Shown piece by piece: positions 55,929 to 64,000 of a DNA stretch of 64,000 nt. The notes beneath the pieces were generated by a model, which saw only the letters and a program-made list of their open reading frames with translations, was not told the origin of the DNA and made no database searches. Origin of the DNA: a virus; IMG/VR virus record IMGVR_UViG_3300045988_174992, one strand, 5' to 3'. A program made the position numbers and the translations under genes. Every line of letters starts with the position of its first letter. Position 1 is the first letter of the stretch.

Positions 55929-56630
55929 TTATTTGCCTATTAAACCTATTTGTTTAGCACAAGCAAAATTATATTGTGATTGAGTTATCTTTTTTCCTTT
56001 TACTCGTGAATTGTATTCAGATGGTAATACATTATCAATATTCTTACTCGTATGTATCAATCCTTCAAATGGAATATCATCCAGTTTAGTTGTCAATATT
56101 ACTTCATAAACATCCAACATAAGTGGAAATTTCTTATCAATACCTTGAATCTTGATATATTTTGTCACTGGATAGAAAAAATCTTCTGCTAATTTTTCAT
56201 AATCAGGCTTTTCCTTATTCTTATTATGAAATTTAATATAGTCATATATATCTCCACCATCAGCATAATTTCTCTGTTCAAAATACGAAGTACCTATATG
56301 TGGGTATTCATCAGTAACCGGAAAATCATCAGTCAATGGATAGACTTGATCTACATGAACTACAATATCATTATCAAATATATTATAGCATTTGATATTC
56401 AAAGTCTGCTTATAATCATGAAGAATCTTCCAAGCCTCATCAGAATATGGCATAGTACCAACATACGAATAATTTACTACCTCTTTATCGATTTCATCGG
56501 CATAATAGAATATATTACATACATCAAATGGTTTATTCAATTGATAAAGTTTCATATCAGCTGGCAATATCAATTCATCAACACAACTGGTATATGCAAA
56601 TCTCCAAATCTTATATTTCTTAGTTTTCAT
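55929..56630 (-). CDS. Hypothetical protein (start trimmed)
   Basis: ATG 56630 (MKTKKYKIW) leaves a 1-nt gap to the upstream stop at 56632. The track start at 56672 would overlap by 41 nt. Confidence 0.6.
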   Translation of the reverse strand: MKTKKYKIWRFAYTSCVDELILPADMKLYQLNKPFDVCNIFYYADEIDKEVVNYSYVGTMPYSDEAWKILHDYKQTLNIKCYNIFDNDIVVHVDQVYPLTDDFPVTDEYPHIGTSYFEQRNYADGGDIYDYIKFHNKNKEKPDYEKLAEDFFYPVTKYIKIQGIDKKFPLMLDVYEVILTTKLDDIPFEGLIHTSKNIDNVLPSEYNSRVKGKKITQSQYNFACAKQIGLIGK

Positions 56631-56631
56631 C

Positions 56632-56886
56632 TTAATCAATTTTATGAGGTGATGGCATAAAATCATCATCAATACAAATATAATTGCAATAAATATCTTT
56701 TCTTTCTGGTTTATATCTTTTAATATAAGATGCTATATAAGGGCTCTTTCCAGTAAGAATTTCCATCATCTTTTCTGTTGGGTGCGCATCATCATCCATA
56801 ATCTTATGAATATCATCAGCCATTACCACATCCATTACTGGATATAGATTGCAATTAATTATAGTGCTTACTACAAACTTTCTCAT
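56632..56886 (-). CDS. Hypothetical protein
   Basis: 84-aa ORF. Confidence 0.55.
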   Translation of the reverse strand: MRKFVVSTIINCNLYPVMDVVMADDIHKIMDDDAHPTEKMMEILTGKSPYIASYIKRYKPERKDIYCNYICIDDDFMPSPHKID

Positions 56887-56894
56887 TACCTATC

Positions 56895-57236
56895 TTATTT
56901 ACAATATCTAACATTAGGAATATCTTCCAAATATGTAAATGACACTTCTGACTTGTCATATACTTCTTTATCATATTCTGTTCCAGAAATCTGATTGATA
57001 ACTTCTCTTGTATATTCAGTTGGTGTACCATCTAAATTAACATAATCAGATTTCCAAGAAGCATCATTCTTCAATACAAGTATCTGGAACAAATATGTAC
57101 AAACTTCATTACTAACGTCATAACATGGAACTGATACCTGTACGATGACAATATCTTTTTCTAATGGAATAGGATAATGACCACTCGAACCAAAATCCAT
57201 CACTTCTACTTTATTCTTATCAAAATTCTTAATCAT
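56895..57236 (-). CDS. Hypothetical protein
   Basis: 113-aa ORF. Confidence 0.6.
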   Translation of the reverse strand: MIKNFDKNKVEVMDFGSSGHYPIPLEKDIVIVQVSVPCYDVSNEVCTYLFQILVLKNDASWKSDYVNLDGTPTEYTREVINQISGTEYDKEVYDKSEVSFTYLEDIPNVRYCK

Positions 57237-57263
57237 ATTGTATTCTATTAAATGTTCTACATT

Positions 57264-57566
57264 TTAAATGTTAATAGCTGGAAGTGAATCAACAAATTCA
57301 AAGTATATTCTAGAATCCTTATCAAGAACATCACTTATCTTGAATTCCGGATGATTCTCAATAATCCAATTAGCAAATCCTAGAGTTGGTATACCATCTT
57401 TATCAATCAATGTAGCATTCAACTTGTCCATAATCTTACTGATTGGATTTAAATTGATGTCACAAGTGTATCGACAAAGTTTTTCTTTAACACCATTTGC
57501 AAATCTGATATTTACAATAACTGTATAAGTATATGCCTTTGAAAAATTTGTCTTAACCATAATCAT
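57264..57566 (-). CDS. Hypothetical protein (start trimmed)
   Basis: The track ATG at 57593 sits 4 nt after the promoter box. The ATGATTATG context at 57566/57560 matches two other gene starts. Confidence 0.55.
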   Translation of the reverse strand: MIMVKTNFSKAYTYTVIVNIRFANGVKEKLCRYTCDINLNPISKIMDKLNATLIDKDGIPTLGFANWIIENHPEFKISDVLDKDSRIYFEFVDSLPAINI

Positions 57567-57597
57567 AAAAATTTTAATGTTCATTATTAACATTTAT

Positions 57598-57626
57598 AAT
57601 ATAGAAAAAGGTTAAGAAATTTCAAA
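57598..57626 (-). promoter_or_regulatory. Promoter-family member P13
   Basis: Minus strand reads TTTGAAATTTCTTAACCTTTTTCTATATT. Confidence 0.7.
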
Positions 57627-57663
57627 AATATATTTAAATATTTTCTACTATTTCTTAACCTTT
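57607..57663 (-). terminator. 14-bp perfect inverted repeat interleaved with P13
   Basis: AAAGGTTAAGAAAT (57607-57620) pairs with ATTTCTTAACCTTT (57650-57663). The 3' arm (minus strand) forms the promoter spacer. Confidence 0.55.
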
Positions 57664-57942
57664 CCGTTGACATCAGTTCATGATAATAATATCCAGAACT
57701 ATAACAAGAACGTATCAAGGTGCAAGATCATGAACTAGAACACCAAACAATATAGTGTGTACACTTACACATTGTATGGCTAAAAAATTTACTTAATTCC
57801 TTGATACTCAGTTTCATTATTGGAGCCAAAATAATTGATTTTGACTTTCATCCATGTTACTAAGATATATATTAAGAAGTAATCACATAACTGATGCCAT
57901 TCGATTTGCTTATCTTAAACCGGACTTACAAATCTACTAATT

Positions 57943-58848
57943 TTATTTATTAATTTCATCATAAGTCTGTTTAGGTCCTTCTGGAAGATAAATCTTCAAT
58001 GCACTAATTTCCTTCACAGTCTTAGTTTTCCACATGTCAAACTTATTTCTGATACTTTCCATTGTATCAACATATTTTGCATATTCATCATCAAACTTCT
58101 GGGCCTTAGCAAGCTTATCTTCTGTAATAGCATCAATAATTTCTTGCTTCATCTTATTGAATTCTGCTTCTTTATGTCGAAGTTCAGTAGACAGCCAATC
58201 ATACTCAGTATTAACATCAGATACTAGCATAGATGGTTCATAAGAATAAATGATTGTATCTCGACCAGAACCTTCTACTTTGCTTGGATTCTGTAAAGCA
58301 TTGTTCATCTGTGCTTTAGCTTCATAAAATGCTCCCTTAGGATGAATGAACTTACCAACAAGAGAACAATAAGATTCATAAACATAGTACTTATTTCTCT
58401 TAGCAACATCCCATGTACCAATTACATCAGATTCGCCAATAGGAAATTCCTTACCTGGGGCATTTGGAAGTTCAATATTCTGAGCCTTAGCCCATTCGGT
58501 AATAGGAAGTGACTGAACATAATCAAGAATCTCTGTCTTTGCTTTGATTGCTTCATGAATCCATGCACTCATGGCATTCAAATTTGCAATCTTTGCAATG
58601 GTCTTATGCATTGATTCAAAAGAATCTGCACTCATACCTTTTGTAATTGGCTTAGAATCAGCCACACCATAAGAGTTGAAAAGCAAACATAATGATGTAT
58701 TGACAAAATTGATATTGTCAAGAATTGCCTGTTCTGACTTCAACAATTCTTTACCCTTATTAGAAACATGATTAGCAGAAGTAGATGTAATACCCTTTTC
58801 TGCAAAAAATACCTTATACTTACTGAATTTGTCGTTTAATATATCCAT
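57943..58848 (-). CDS. Hypothetical protein
   Basis: 301-aa ORF with a coiled-coil-like C-terminal third. Confidence 0.7.
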   Translation of the reverse strand: MDILNDKFSKYKVFFAEKGITSTSANHVSNKGKELLKSEQAILDNINFVNTSLCLLFNSYGVADSKPITKGMSADSFESMHKTIAKIANLNAMSAWIHEAIKAKTEILDYVQSLPITEWAKAQNIELPNAPGKEFPIGESDVIGTWDVAKRNKYYVYESYCSLVGKFIHPKGAFYEAKAQMNNALQNPSKVEGSGRDTIIYSYEPSMLVSDVNTEYDWLSTELRHKEAEFNKMKQEIIDAITEDKLAKAQKFDDEYAKYVDTMESIRNKFDMWKTKTVKEISALKIYLPEGPKQTYDEINK

Positions 58849-58863
58849 AGTTTTAAAGTTTAG

Positions 58864-58928
58864 TGGACCATGTGAGATTCGAACTCACGTCCAACCGAAG
58901 TTATCGATTGTCAAATCCGTAATGGCCC
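58864..58928 (-). tRNA. Atypical tRNA-like element (65 nt, no D-arm; anticodon-loop triplet AAC)
   Basis: Minus strand: acceptor GGGCCAT/ATGGTCC (7 bp, G3:U70). Canonical T-arm GTGAG-TTCGAAT-CTCAC. Stem CAATCG/CGGTTG with the 7-nt loop ATAACTT. Only 11 nt lie between the acceptor and this stem, so no D-arm. No encoded CCA. Confidence 0.4.
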
Positions 58929-58993
58929 AAGTTATGTTTATTAATTTTAGTTCTTGAACAGAACTGAAAGTGATGTTCATTATTTATATTTTC

Positions 58994-59022
58994 GATATAG
59001 AAAAGTTTAAATCAAAAATTCA
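58994..59022 (-). promoter_or_regulatory. Promoter-family member P14
   Basis: Minus strand reads TGAATTTTTGATTTAAACTTTTCTATATC. It would transcribe the tRNA-like element and 57943-58848. Confidence 0.5.
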
Positions 59023-59966
59023 TCATTTGTTATGATAATATTTAGTTTATTTTCTTCATTTTTCTCTTCTATTTTTTCTTGTTTATCGAAGAATTCATCC
59101 ACTTCTTCAAATTTCTTACCTTGACAATCAATAGTATATCCTTTATTGAAATTAGGATCATTCTCACTTATTGTAATAGCGGCTTTCTCTATTTCCTCAG
59201 CTGATAATGTTGTCTTATCATAAAATACCAATGAAAGAGAATTGCATACGCATTTCATTATAATATTCTCATATCCAATTCCAGATCTTCCATTAGAATA
59301 TCCTTCATTGAGAGTCAATTTAGAAATAAATGTTCCAAGACTTACATCATTGATAGTAAAATACTGTTTAGATAATTTCGTTATACTTTCAAAACTTCTA
59401 TCTTCAGTGATATCCATCAATTCAGTATTCCATGTATTTGGATCTGATGTATATGCAAACATACTGAATGAATATGGATAAAAAGCTAGATTGCATTTTC
59501 TTGGATACAACTTCATAGCAGCTACAGACATATTTGTATCAAATGAATAACTTTGTCTCATTTTCAGTTCTCCATTTTCATAATGCACCGCCTTTATGAA
59601 GTTGTTCTCTCCAAGTATTTTGAAATACTTTTCATTCAATACAATCTCTAAGTCTTCTATATATGATTCATTCAATGTATATTGATTAGATGTACCATAG
59701 TAAATATCATTCACTCTTTTATTGAATATATGTTCTGGTACTTTACGAAGAATACAAGGAATGTAGAATGACTTACTTGTATCTATTGCTTTTACTTCCA
59801 TAATTACTGTTACCCAGCGTTGGAACAATCTGTAATCATTATTAGTAAAAGCATAAGCAGATAAAAATTTGTCATTATCTATAATAGATTCTGGTGGAAA
59901 TCTAGAATTCTCTTGTAATCTTTCTATACCCTTATCTATGTAATATAAAACCTTACTATCTTCCAT
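59007..59966 (-). CDS. Hypothetical protein encoded directly downstream of dnaJ
   Basis: 319-aa ORF. 4-nt gap after the dnaJ stop. Confidence 0.7.
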   Translation of the reverse strand: MEDSKVLYYIDKGIERLQENSRFPPESIIDNDKFLSAYAFTNNDYRLFQRWVTVIMEVKAIDTSKSFYIPCILRKVPEHIFNKRVNDIYYGTSNQYTLNESYIEDLEIVLNEKYFKILGENNFIKAVHYENGELKMRQSYSFDTNMSVAAMKLYPRKCNLAFYPYSFSMFAYTSDPNTWNTELMDITEDRSFESITKLSKQYFTINDVSLGTFISKLTLNEGYSNGRSGIGYENIIMKCVCNSLSLVFYDKTTLSAEEIEKAAITISENDPNFNKGYTIDCQGKKFEEVDEFFDKQEKIEEKNEENKLNIIITNDEFLI

Positions 59967-59970
59967 TATT

Positions 59971-61002
59971 CTATCCTTTATCTTTTAAACGTTCAATTGC
60001 TTTCTTTGTTTCTTTATCAAGTGTTTTAGGAAATACCGGATTGACAACCATTGTATAATCATGTCCATCAATACCCTTTCCTTTTATTCTAAGTTTCTTA
60101 CCAACTTCAGAACATTCCGGAAGATTTATTCTCATCTTCTGATTACCAGGTAAATTGATTTCAATCTTACCTCCGAGCATTACATCCTTCCAATCAATAT
60201 CTTCTTTACCTTCTACATTACCATAATCATCAATATGATATTTATTATGGTCATAAGTATGTTGTACAGTAATGTAAAGTTCACCATTTGTTCCATTTAC
60301 AGATTTAGATTCAGAACCAAGTGGACCAACATCAATTCTGATACCATCTTTCAAAAGATATTCCAACGGAATTCTTGACAAGTCAATTTCTTCACTTACT
60401 AACTTGCCAATGAAACCAGTACCAGAACAAGCTGCACACTTATGTTCTACTGTCTTACCTTTACCATTACAATAAGGACATGGATGGCTAGATTGGAAGA
60501 ACATGTTTCCTTGTCGTCTAGATTCAGTCACCATACCACTACCGTTGCAATGTGAACAAACTTTAACACCAGTACCACCTACACCATCGCAAACATTACA
60601 TCTGAAGTCTTTCAAATATGCTACTGACTTAATACCTCTAAAATAGAAATCAGAAATATCAACATTCAATTTTCCTTCGCAATTCTTACCTCTCAAATCT
60701 CTATAATCTTCAGTATGCCAAGATGGTCCACTTGACCTATCATGTCCGAAGAAATCAGCAAATGGATTGAATCCACTACCGAAACCAGGATTGTCATATT
60801 CTTGCTTCTTTTGTGGATCTGACAAAGTTTCATAAGCTTCATTAGCAGATTTTACAATCTCTTCAGCTTCTTTCTTCTCCTTATCAGATTTGTTACCCAT
60901 TCTATCTGGATGATATTTGAGCATTATTTTCTTATATGCTCTTTTGATATCATCTTCTGATGCATCTCTAGATACACCTAAAATATCATAGTAATCTTTC
61001 AT
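59971..61002 (-). CDS. dnaJ: DnaJ/Hsp40 co-chaperone (type I: J domain, short G/F, four CxxCxGxG)
   Basis: DYYDILGVSRDASEDDIKRAYKKIMLKYHPDR. Zinc-finger repeats CNVCDGVG, CSHCNGSG, CPYCNGKG and CAACSGTG. Confidence 0.9.
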   Translation of the reverse strand: MKDYYDILGVSRDASEDDIKRAYKKIMLKYHPDRMGNKSDKEKKEAEEIVKSANEAYETLSDPQKKQEYDNPGFGSGFNPFADFFGHDRSSGPSWHTEDYRDLRGKNCEGKLNVDISDFYFRGIKSVAYLKDFRCNVCDGVGGTGVKVCSHCNGSGMVTESRRQGNMFFQSSHPCPYCNGKGKTVEHKCAACSGTGFIGKLVSEEIDLSRIPLEYLLKDGIRIDVGPLGSESKSVNGTNGELYITVQHTYDHNKYHIDDYGNVEGKEDIDWKDVMLGGKIEINLPGNQKMRINLPECSEVGKKLRIKGKGIDGHDYTMVVNPVFPKTLDKETKKAIERLKDKG

Positions 61003-61032
61003 GTTATTTATTATCTATTCTTTGACATGTTA

Positions 61033-61060
61033 AATATAGAAAATGGTCGATCAAATTTCA
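61033..61060 (-). promoter_or_regulatory. Promoter-family member P15 (dnaJ)
   Basis: Minus strand reads TGAAATTTGATCGACCATTTTCTATATT. Confidence 0.55.
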
Positions 61061-61078
61061 TTAATTCAACCGACCATT
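61042..61078 (-). terminator. Hairpin after dnaK, interleaved with P15
   Basis: AATGGTCG (61042-61049) pairs with CGACCATT (61071-61078). The loop carries TGAAATTT. Confidence 0.5.
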
Positions 61079-61102
61079 CAAATTGTTATTGATATAAATT
61101 AT

Positions 61103-63058
61103 TTATGCATCTTCAACTACAGCATCTTCTACTTTTACATCATCTGATTTTTCTTCTTTCTTATCATTGTCATGATTTGACGCATTCTCTTCCTTTGCAT
61201 TTCCTTCCTGTGTCTCTGTCTTATCAGTACCATCTTGGCTCTTTTGCTTATCGGCATAGAATTTCTCAACTATTGGGTTCCAAACTTCTTCCAACTCTTT
61301 CTTAGCTTCCATGATCTTATCATGGTCTTTGTCCTTCAATACAACAACTGATTCCAATGCATCAAGTTTTTCTTGTGCTTTAGCTCTATCCTCATCTGAT
61401 GTAGCTTTGACAAAATCTTCATTGACAATCATCTCTTTTGTATTGAACATGTAACGTTCTGCATCATTGATGTCATTAGTTTCTTTTGTCTTCTTTTCAT
61501 CAGCTTCCTTGAACTTCTCAGCATCTTCCTTGATTGCTTTGATTTCCTCATCAGTAAGTGTATTGTTACTGATTGTAATGTGCTGTTCTTTATTAGTACC
61601 AAGATCCTTAGCAGTAACAGTAACGATACCATTTGCATCAATATCAAAGCAAACTTCAATCTGTGGTACCCCAGCTTTTGCCATAGGAATTCCATCCAAT
61701 CTGAATCTACCAATAGACTTATTACCAGAAGCAATCTTACGTTCACCTTGCAATACATTTACCTCAACCATAGGTTGGTTATCAATAGATGTGGTGAATA
61801 CTTGCTTCTTCTGACATGGAATTGTTGTATTTGCTTCAACAATAGGTGCCATCATATCTCCCTTAGTTTCAATACCTAATGACAATGGAGTAACATCAAG
61901 AAGCAACAAATCACCAGTAGAATTACCAGCAAGAATATCAGCTTGCTTAGCAGCACCTAATGCAACTGCTTCATCTGGATTTACAGATTGATTCAATGGC
62001 TTATTGAATTCCTTCTTCAATGCCTCTTGCAATGATGGAATACGAGTTGTACCACCTACAAGTAAGATACAATCAATATCATCATACTTCTTACCAGCTT
62101 TCTCAACAGCAACCTTTGCTTTTTCAACTGTGCGATCATTCAAATTCTTTACAAGAGATTCAAACTTAGCACGAGAAAGTGTCATAGCAAGATTCAATGG
62201 TGCACCATCTTTCATAGAAATATATGGAAGATTAATCTCTGTCTGTGTTGAACTTGACAATTCAATCTTTGCTTTTTCTGCAGATTCTACTACACGAGCA
62301 TAAGCCATATTATCCTTTGTCAAATCAACATCATCTGACTTCTTAAATTCATCAACTACCCACTTTACAATAGCATCATCATAGTCTTTACCTCCAAGAT
62401 ATACATCACCATTTGATGCAAGTACTTCAGCCATACCATCTGACAACTCAAGGACAGAAACATCAACAGTACCAGTACCTGAATCCACTACTACAACAGT
62501 CTTGTCTTTCTTGTCTTCCATCAAGTTAGCTGCCAATGCTGCTGATGTTGGTTCATTAATCACACGAAGTACATTCAATCCAGCAAGCTCACCAGCTGTC
62601 TTAGTTGCTGTACGAGCAGCATCACCAAACCAAGCTGGTACTGTAATTACTGCATCTTTGATTTCCTCACCAACAAAATCTTCAGCAATTTTTTTCATCT
62701 TACCAACAATCATAGATGAAATCTGTTCTGGAGAATATTCCTTATCATCAATCTTAACATAAGGCTTACCAGACTTATTTACAATATCATAAGTTGCAAG
62801 CTTTTGCATCTTCTTTACATTTTCATCATTGAAATCAGCACCCATCAAACGCTTTACAAAACTGATAGTGTTCTTTGGATTTGTTACCATTGCACGCTTT
62901 GCGGCATTACCAATCTTCACTTCATCCTTTGTAATCTGTACTACAGATGGTGTTGTTCTTGTTCCTTCTTCATTTACTACTACAACTGGTTTACCTGCCT
63001 CAATTACTGCTACACACGACATACCCGTGCCTAGATCTAGGCCTAAAACTTTACTCAT
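61103..63058 (-). CDS. dnaK: DnaK/Hsp70 chaperone
   Basis: 651 aa. GLDLGTGMSCVAV, DAVITVPAWF, DSGTGTVDVSVLE, ILLVGGTTRIPSLQ and VNPDEAVALGAA, with a substrate-binding domain and an acidic tail. Confidence 0.92.
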   Translation of the reverse strand: MSKVLGLDLGTGMSCVAVIEAGKPVVVVNEEGTRTTPSVVQITKDEVKIGNAAKRAMVTNPKNTISFVKRLMGADFNDENVKKMQKLATYDIVNKSGKPYVKIDDKEYSPEQISSMIVGKMKKIAEDFVGEEIKDAVITVPAWFGDAARTATKTAGELAGLNVLRVINEPTSAALAANLMEDKKDKTVVVVDSGTGTVDVSVLELSDGMAEVLASNGDVYLGGKDYDDAIVKWVVDEFKKSDDVDLTKDNMAYARVVESAEKAKIELSSSTQTEINLPYISMKDGAPLNLAMTLSRAKFESLVKNLNDRTVEKAKVAVEKAGKKYDDIDCILLVGGTTRIPSLQEALKKEFNKPLNQSVNPDEAVALGAAKQADILAGNSTGDLLLLDVTPLSLGIETKGDMMAPIVEANTTIPCQKKQVFTTSIDNQPMVEVNVLQGERKIASGNKSIGRFRLDGIPMAKAGVPQIEVCFDIDANGIVTVTAKDLGTNKEQHITISNNTLTDEEIKAIKEDAEKFKEADEKKTKETNDINDAERYMFNTKEMIVNEDFVKATSDEDRAKAQEKLDALESVVVLKDKDHDKIMEAKKELEEVWNPIVEKFYADKQKSQDGTDKTETQEGNAKEENASNHDNDKKEEKSDDVKVEDAVVEDA

Positions 63059-63099
63059 TTTAAATTTAATCTTATATATGTTTTTGTTTATCTAATTAA

Positions 63100-63128
63100 T
63101 ATATAGAAAAAAGTGTGCCAGAATTTCA
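63100..63128 (-). promoter_or_regulatory. Promoter-family member P16 (dnaK)
   Basis: Minus strand reads TGAAATTCTGGCACACTTTTTTCTATATA. Confidence 0.5.
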
Positions 63129-63148
63129 TGATTACAAAATTCTGACAC
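63115..63148 (-). terminator. Hairpin after 63174-63455, interleaved with P16
   Basis: 11-bp stem with one G-U on the minus strand (GTGTCAGAATT/AATTCTGGCAC), followed by a T6 run. Confidence 0.5.
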
Positions 63149-63173
63149 ATTGTCATATATTCCTGCCAAAATG

Positions 63174-63455
63174 TCACTCTGACACTTCAATCTTATTGAC
63201 AAAATAATTTGCCGTCAACGTAAACTTAACAATCACTTTAGTATCACCAATATCTAATGAAATCATCCACGGTGCAAATTCAACATCTAATTTATCAGGT
63301 CCATCAACCTTCTTTACATCAAACTTACCACCAGTAACATCGGTTACTTTCTCAATAAGAGATTTGACACTACCAATCTTACAATTCAACAATGCTTGTC
63401 CTAAAAGAACTTCAACAATACGCGAAGCTCCACTCTGTTTCTTTAATTGTTTCAT
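63174..63455 (-). CDS. Hypothetical protein
   Basis: 93-aa ORF upstream of dnaK. Confidence 0.6.
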   Translation of the reverse strand: MKQLKKQSGASRIVEVLLGQALLNCKIGSVKSLIEKVTDVTGGKFDVKKVDGPDKLDVEFAPWMISLDIGDTKVIVKFTLTANYFVNKIEVSE

Positions 63456-63497
63456 AAAAATTCATATTTTAAAGTTTTACTGATATATGATATAATA

Positions 63498-63593
63498 TTC
63501 ACCAGGATGGCGGCTGGGATTGACAGGGAGCGGAAAAATATACTTCAGTATATTCTATCAGCCTAAGACTTTTTAGTTGTTCCTGGTGACTTT
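63498..63593 (+). repeat. 96-bp intergenic repeat family, copy C4
   Basis: TTCACCAGGATGGCGGCTGGGATTGACAGGGAGCGGAAAAATATACTTCAGTATATTCTATCAG... Overlaps the last 10 codons of 63563-63856 and is oriented against the flanking genes. Confidence 0.75.
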
Positions 63594-63856
63594 TTTGTAT
63601 TCTTATTTTTTCTTCTTGTATACATCTTCTGAAATGCATGAACTTCTTCTGGTTCTACATAATCAACTATACGATATTCATTCTTCAACTTTGCTTTTAT
63701 TCTCTTATCATTGTCTTTATAGTCTGAAATTTTCTGCTCAAGAAAAGCTTTATCTTCATTAGGACCTTCTGACAACATGCAAAACCATTTTGTCCATTCA
63801 ACACCAGTTCTTGTATGATACTGATATCTTGATTCAATGTTATATAACTTACTCAT
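63563..63856 (-). CDS. Hypothetical basic protein
   Basis: 97-aa ORF with a TAG stop. Confidence 0.6.
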   Translation of the reverse strand: MSKLYNIESRYQYHTRTGVEWTKWFCMLSEGPNEDKAFLEQKISDYKDNDKRIKAKLKNEYRIVDYVEPEEVHAFQKMYTRRKNKNTKKSPGTTKKS

Positions 63857-63995
63857 TTGTACAATCTAAGAATTTGTTACCTTTAAAACCAAACTTCTCT
63901 GAAATTTCTTCTGAAGTCATATCTTTTACTCTATTATAGAAAGTAAACCATATAGGAAGAACAAATGCAACCAAACATATTGTTGCTAAATACAT
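63849..63995 (-). CDS. Possible small membrane protein (48 aa) or 3' end of a gene continuing beyond the window
   Basis: Frame is open from the window edge. MYLATICLVAFVLPIWFTFYNRVKDMTSEEISEKFGFKGNKFLDCTNE. Its stop overlaps the next start by 8 nt. Confidence 0.3.
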   Translation of the reverse strand: MYLATICLVAFVLPIWFTFYNRVKDMTSEEISEKFGFKGNKFLDCTNE

Positions 63996-64000
63996 ATTGT

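Noticed and set aside
58864-58928. The tRNA-like element as a phage attachment site (attP core derived from a host tRNA 3' half)
   Set aside because: Both acceptor strands and an anticodon-like arm are present rather than only a 3' fragment. No integrase or excisionase is recognisable anywhere in the 64 kb.
61105-63095. Eight or so ORFs of 66-115 aa inside and antisense to dnaK (both strands, other frames)
   Set aside because: dnaK is unambiguous over its entire length. The overlapping ORFs have no features and are frame shadows.
63174-63455. The small gene upstream of dnaK as the missing GrpE
   Set aside because: It is 93 aa with no resemblance to the GrpE coiled-coil plus beta-domain pattern that I can see. 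It is left as hypothetical.
12314-63565. Genome-wide TAG stop-codon reassignment
   Set aside because: TAG-terminated genes (12314, 19106, 54501, 63563) end at sensible positions next to terminators or the next start. No long ORF in the window needs TAG read-through to be intact. Only the 38287 case is ambiguous, and it is listed separately at low interest.

Overview
Visibly AT-rich, very gene-dense fragment (about 78 CDS, with short or overlapping junctions) of a large tailed dsDNA phage genome. There is no integrase, rRNA, CRISPR array or host housekeeping context. Start codons lack Shine-Dalgarno sequences. The recurrent promoter has a TTTG-type upstream box, and three genes encode BspA/DUF285 26-residue-repeat proteins. 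Together these suggest a Bacteroidota-type host (inference).

Layout:
- 138-7225 (+): fibre/receptor-binding cassette. Six consecutive proteins share one N-terminal module, and three are BspA-like paralogues.
- 7263-14578 (-): small unknown genes, ending upstream in a sigma-70-family factor.
- 14806-18705 (+): includes an SF2 helicase.
- 18733-36856 (mostly -): NUDIX, lipoprotein, C1 peptidase (+), two-domain peptidoglycan hydrolase, dNMP-kinase-like, dUTPase-like, AEP primase-helicase fusion.
- 37192-42899 (+): virion-type giants plus an NDK-like enzyme.
- 42914-47671 (-): RNA ligase and HAD phosphatase.
- 47905-54501 (+): two large S/T/N-rich proteins.
- 54562-63995 (-): metallophosphatase, small genes, an atypical tRNA-like element and a dnaK-dnaJ operon.

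Main observations:
1. Seven unrelated proteins, including the sigma factor and the NDK-like enzyme, share an N-terminal decapeptide. It resembles the T4 capsid-targeting/protease-processing leader.
2. A highly regular promoter family, (TT)TGAAATTT-N10-TTCTATATT, occurs in at least 15 copies. It is often interleaved with terminator hairpins.
3. A 95-96 bp intergenic repeat family occurs in four copies.
4. There is a 65-nt tRNA-like element without a D-arm.
5. The fibre cassette is modular and recombination-prone, and includes a perfect 78-bp tandem duplication.

All functional calls rest on motifs read by eye. No database search was run.
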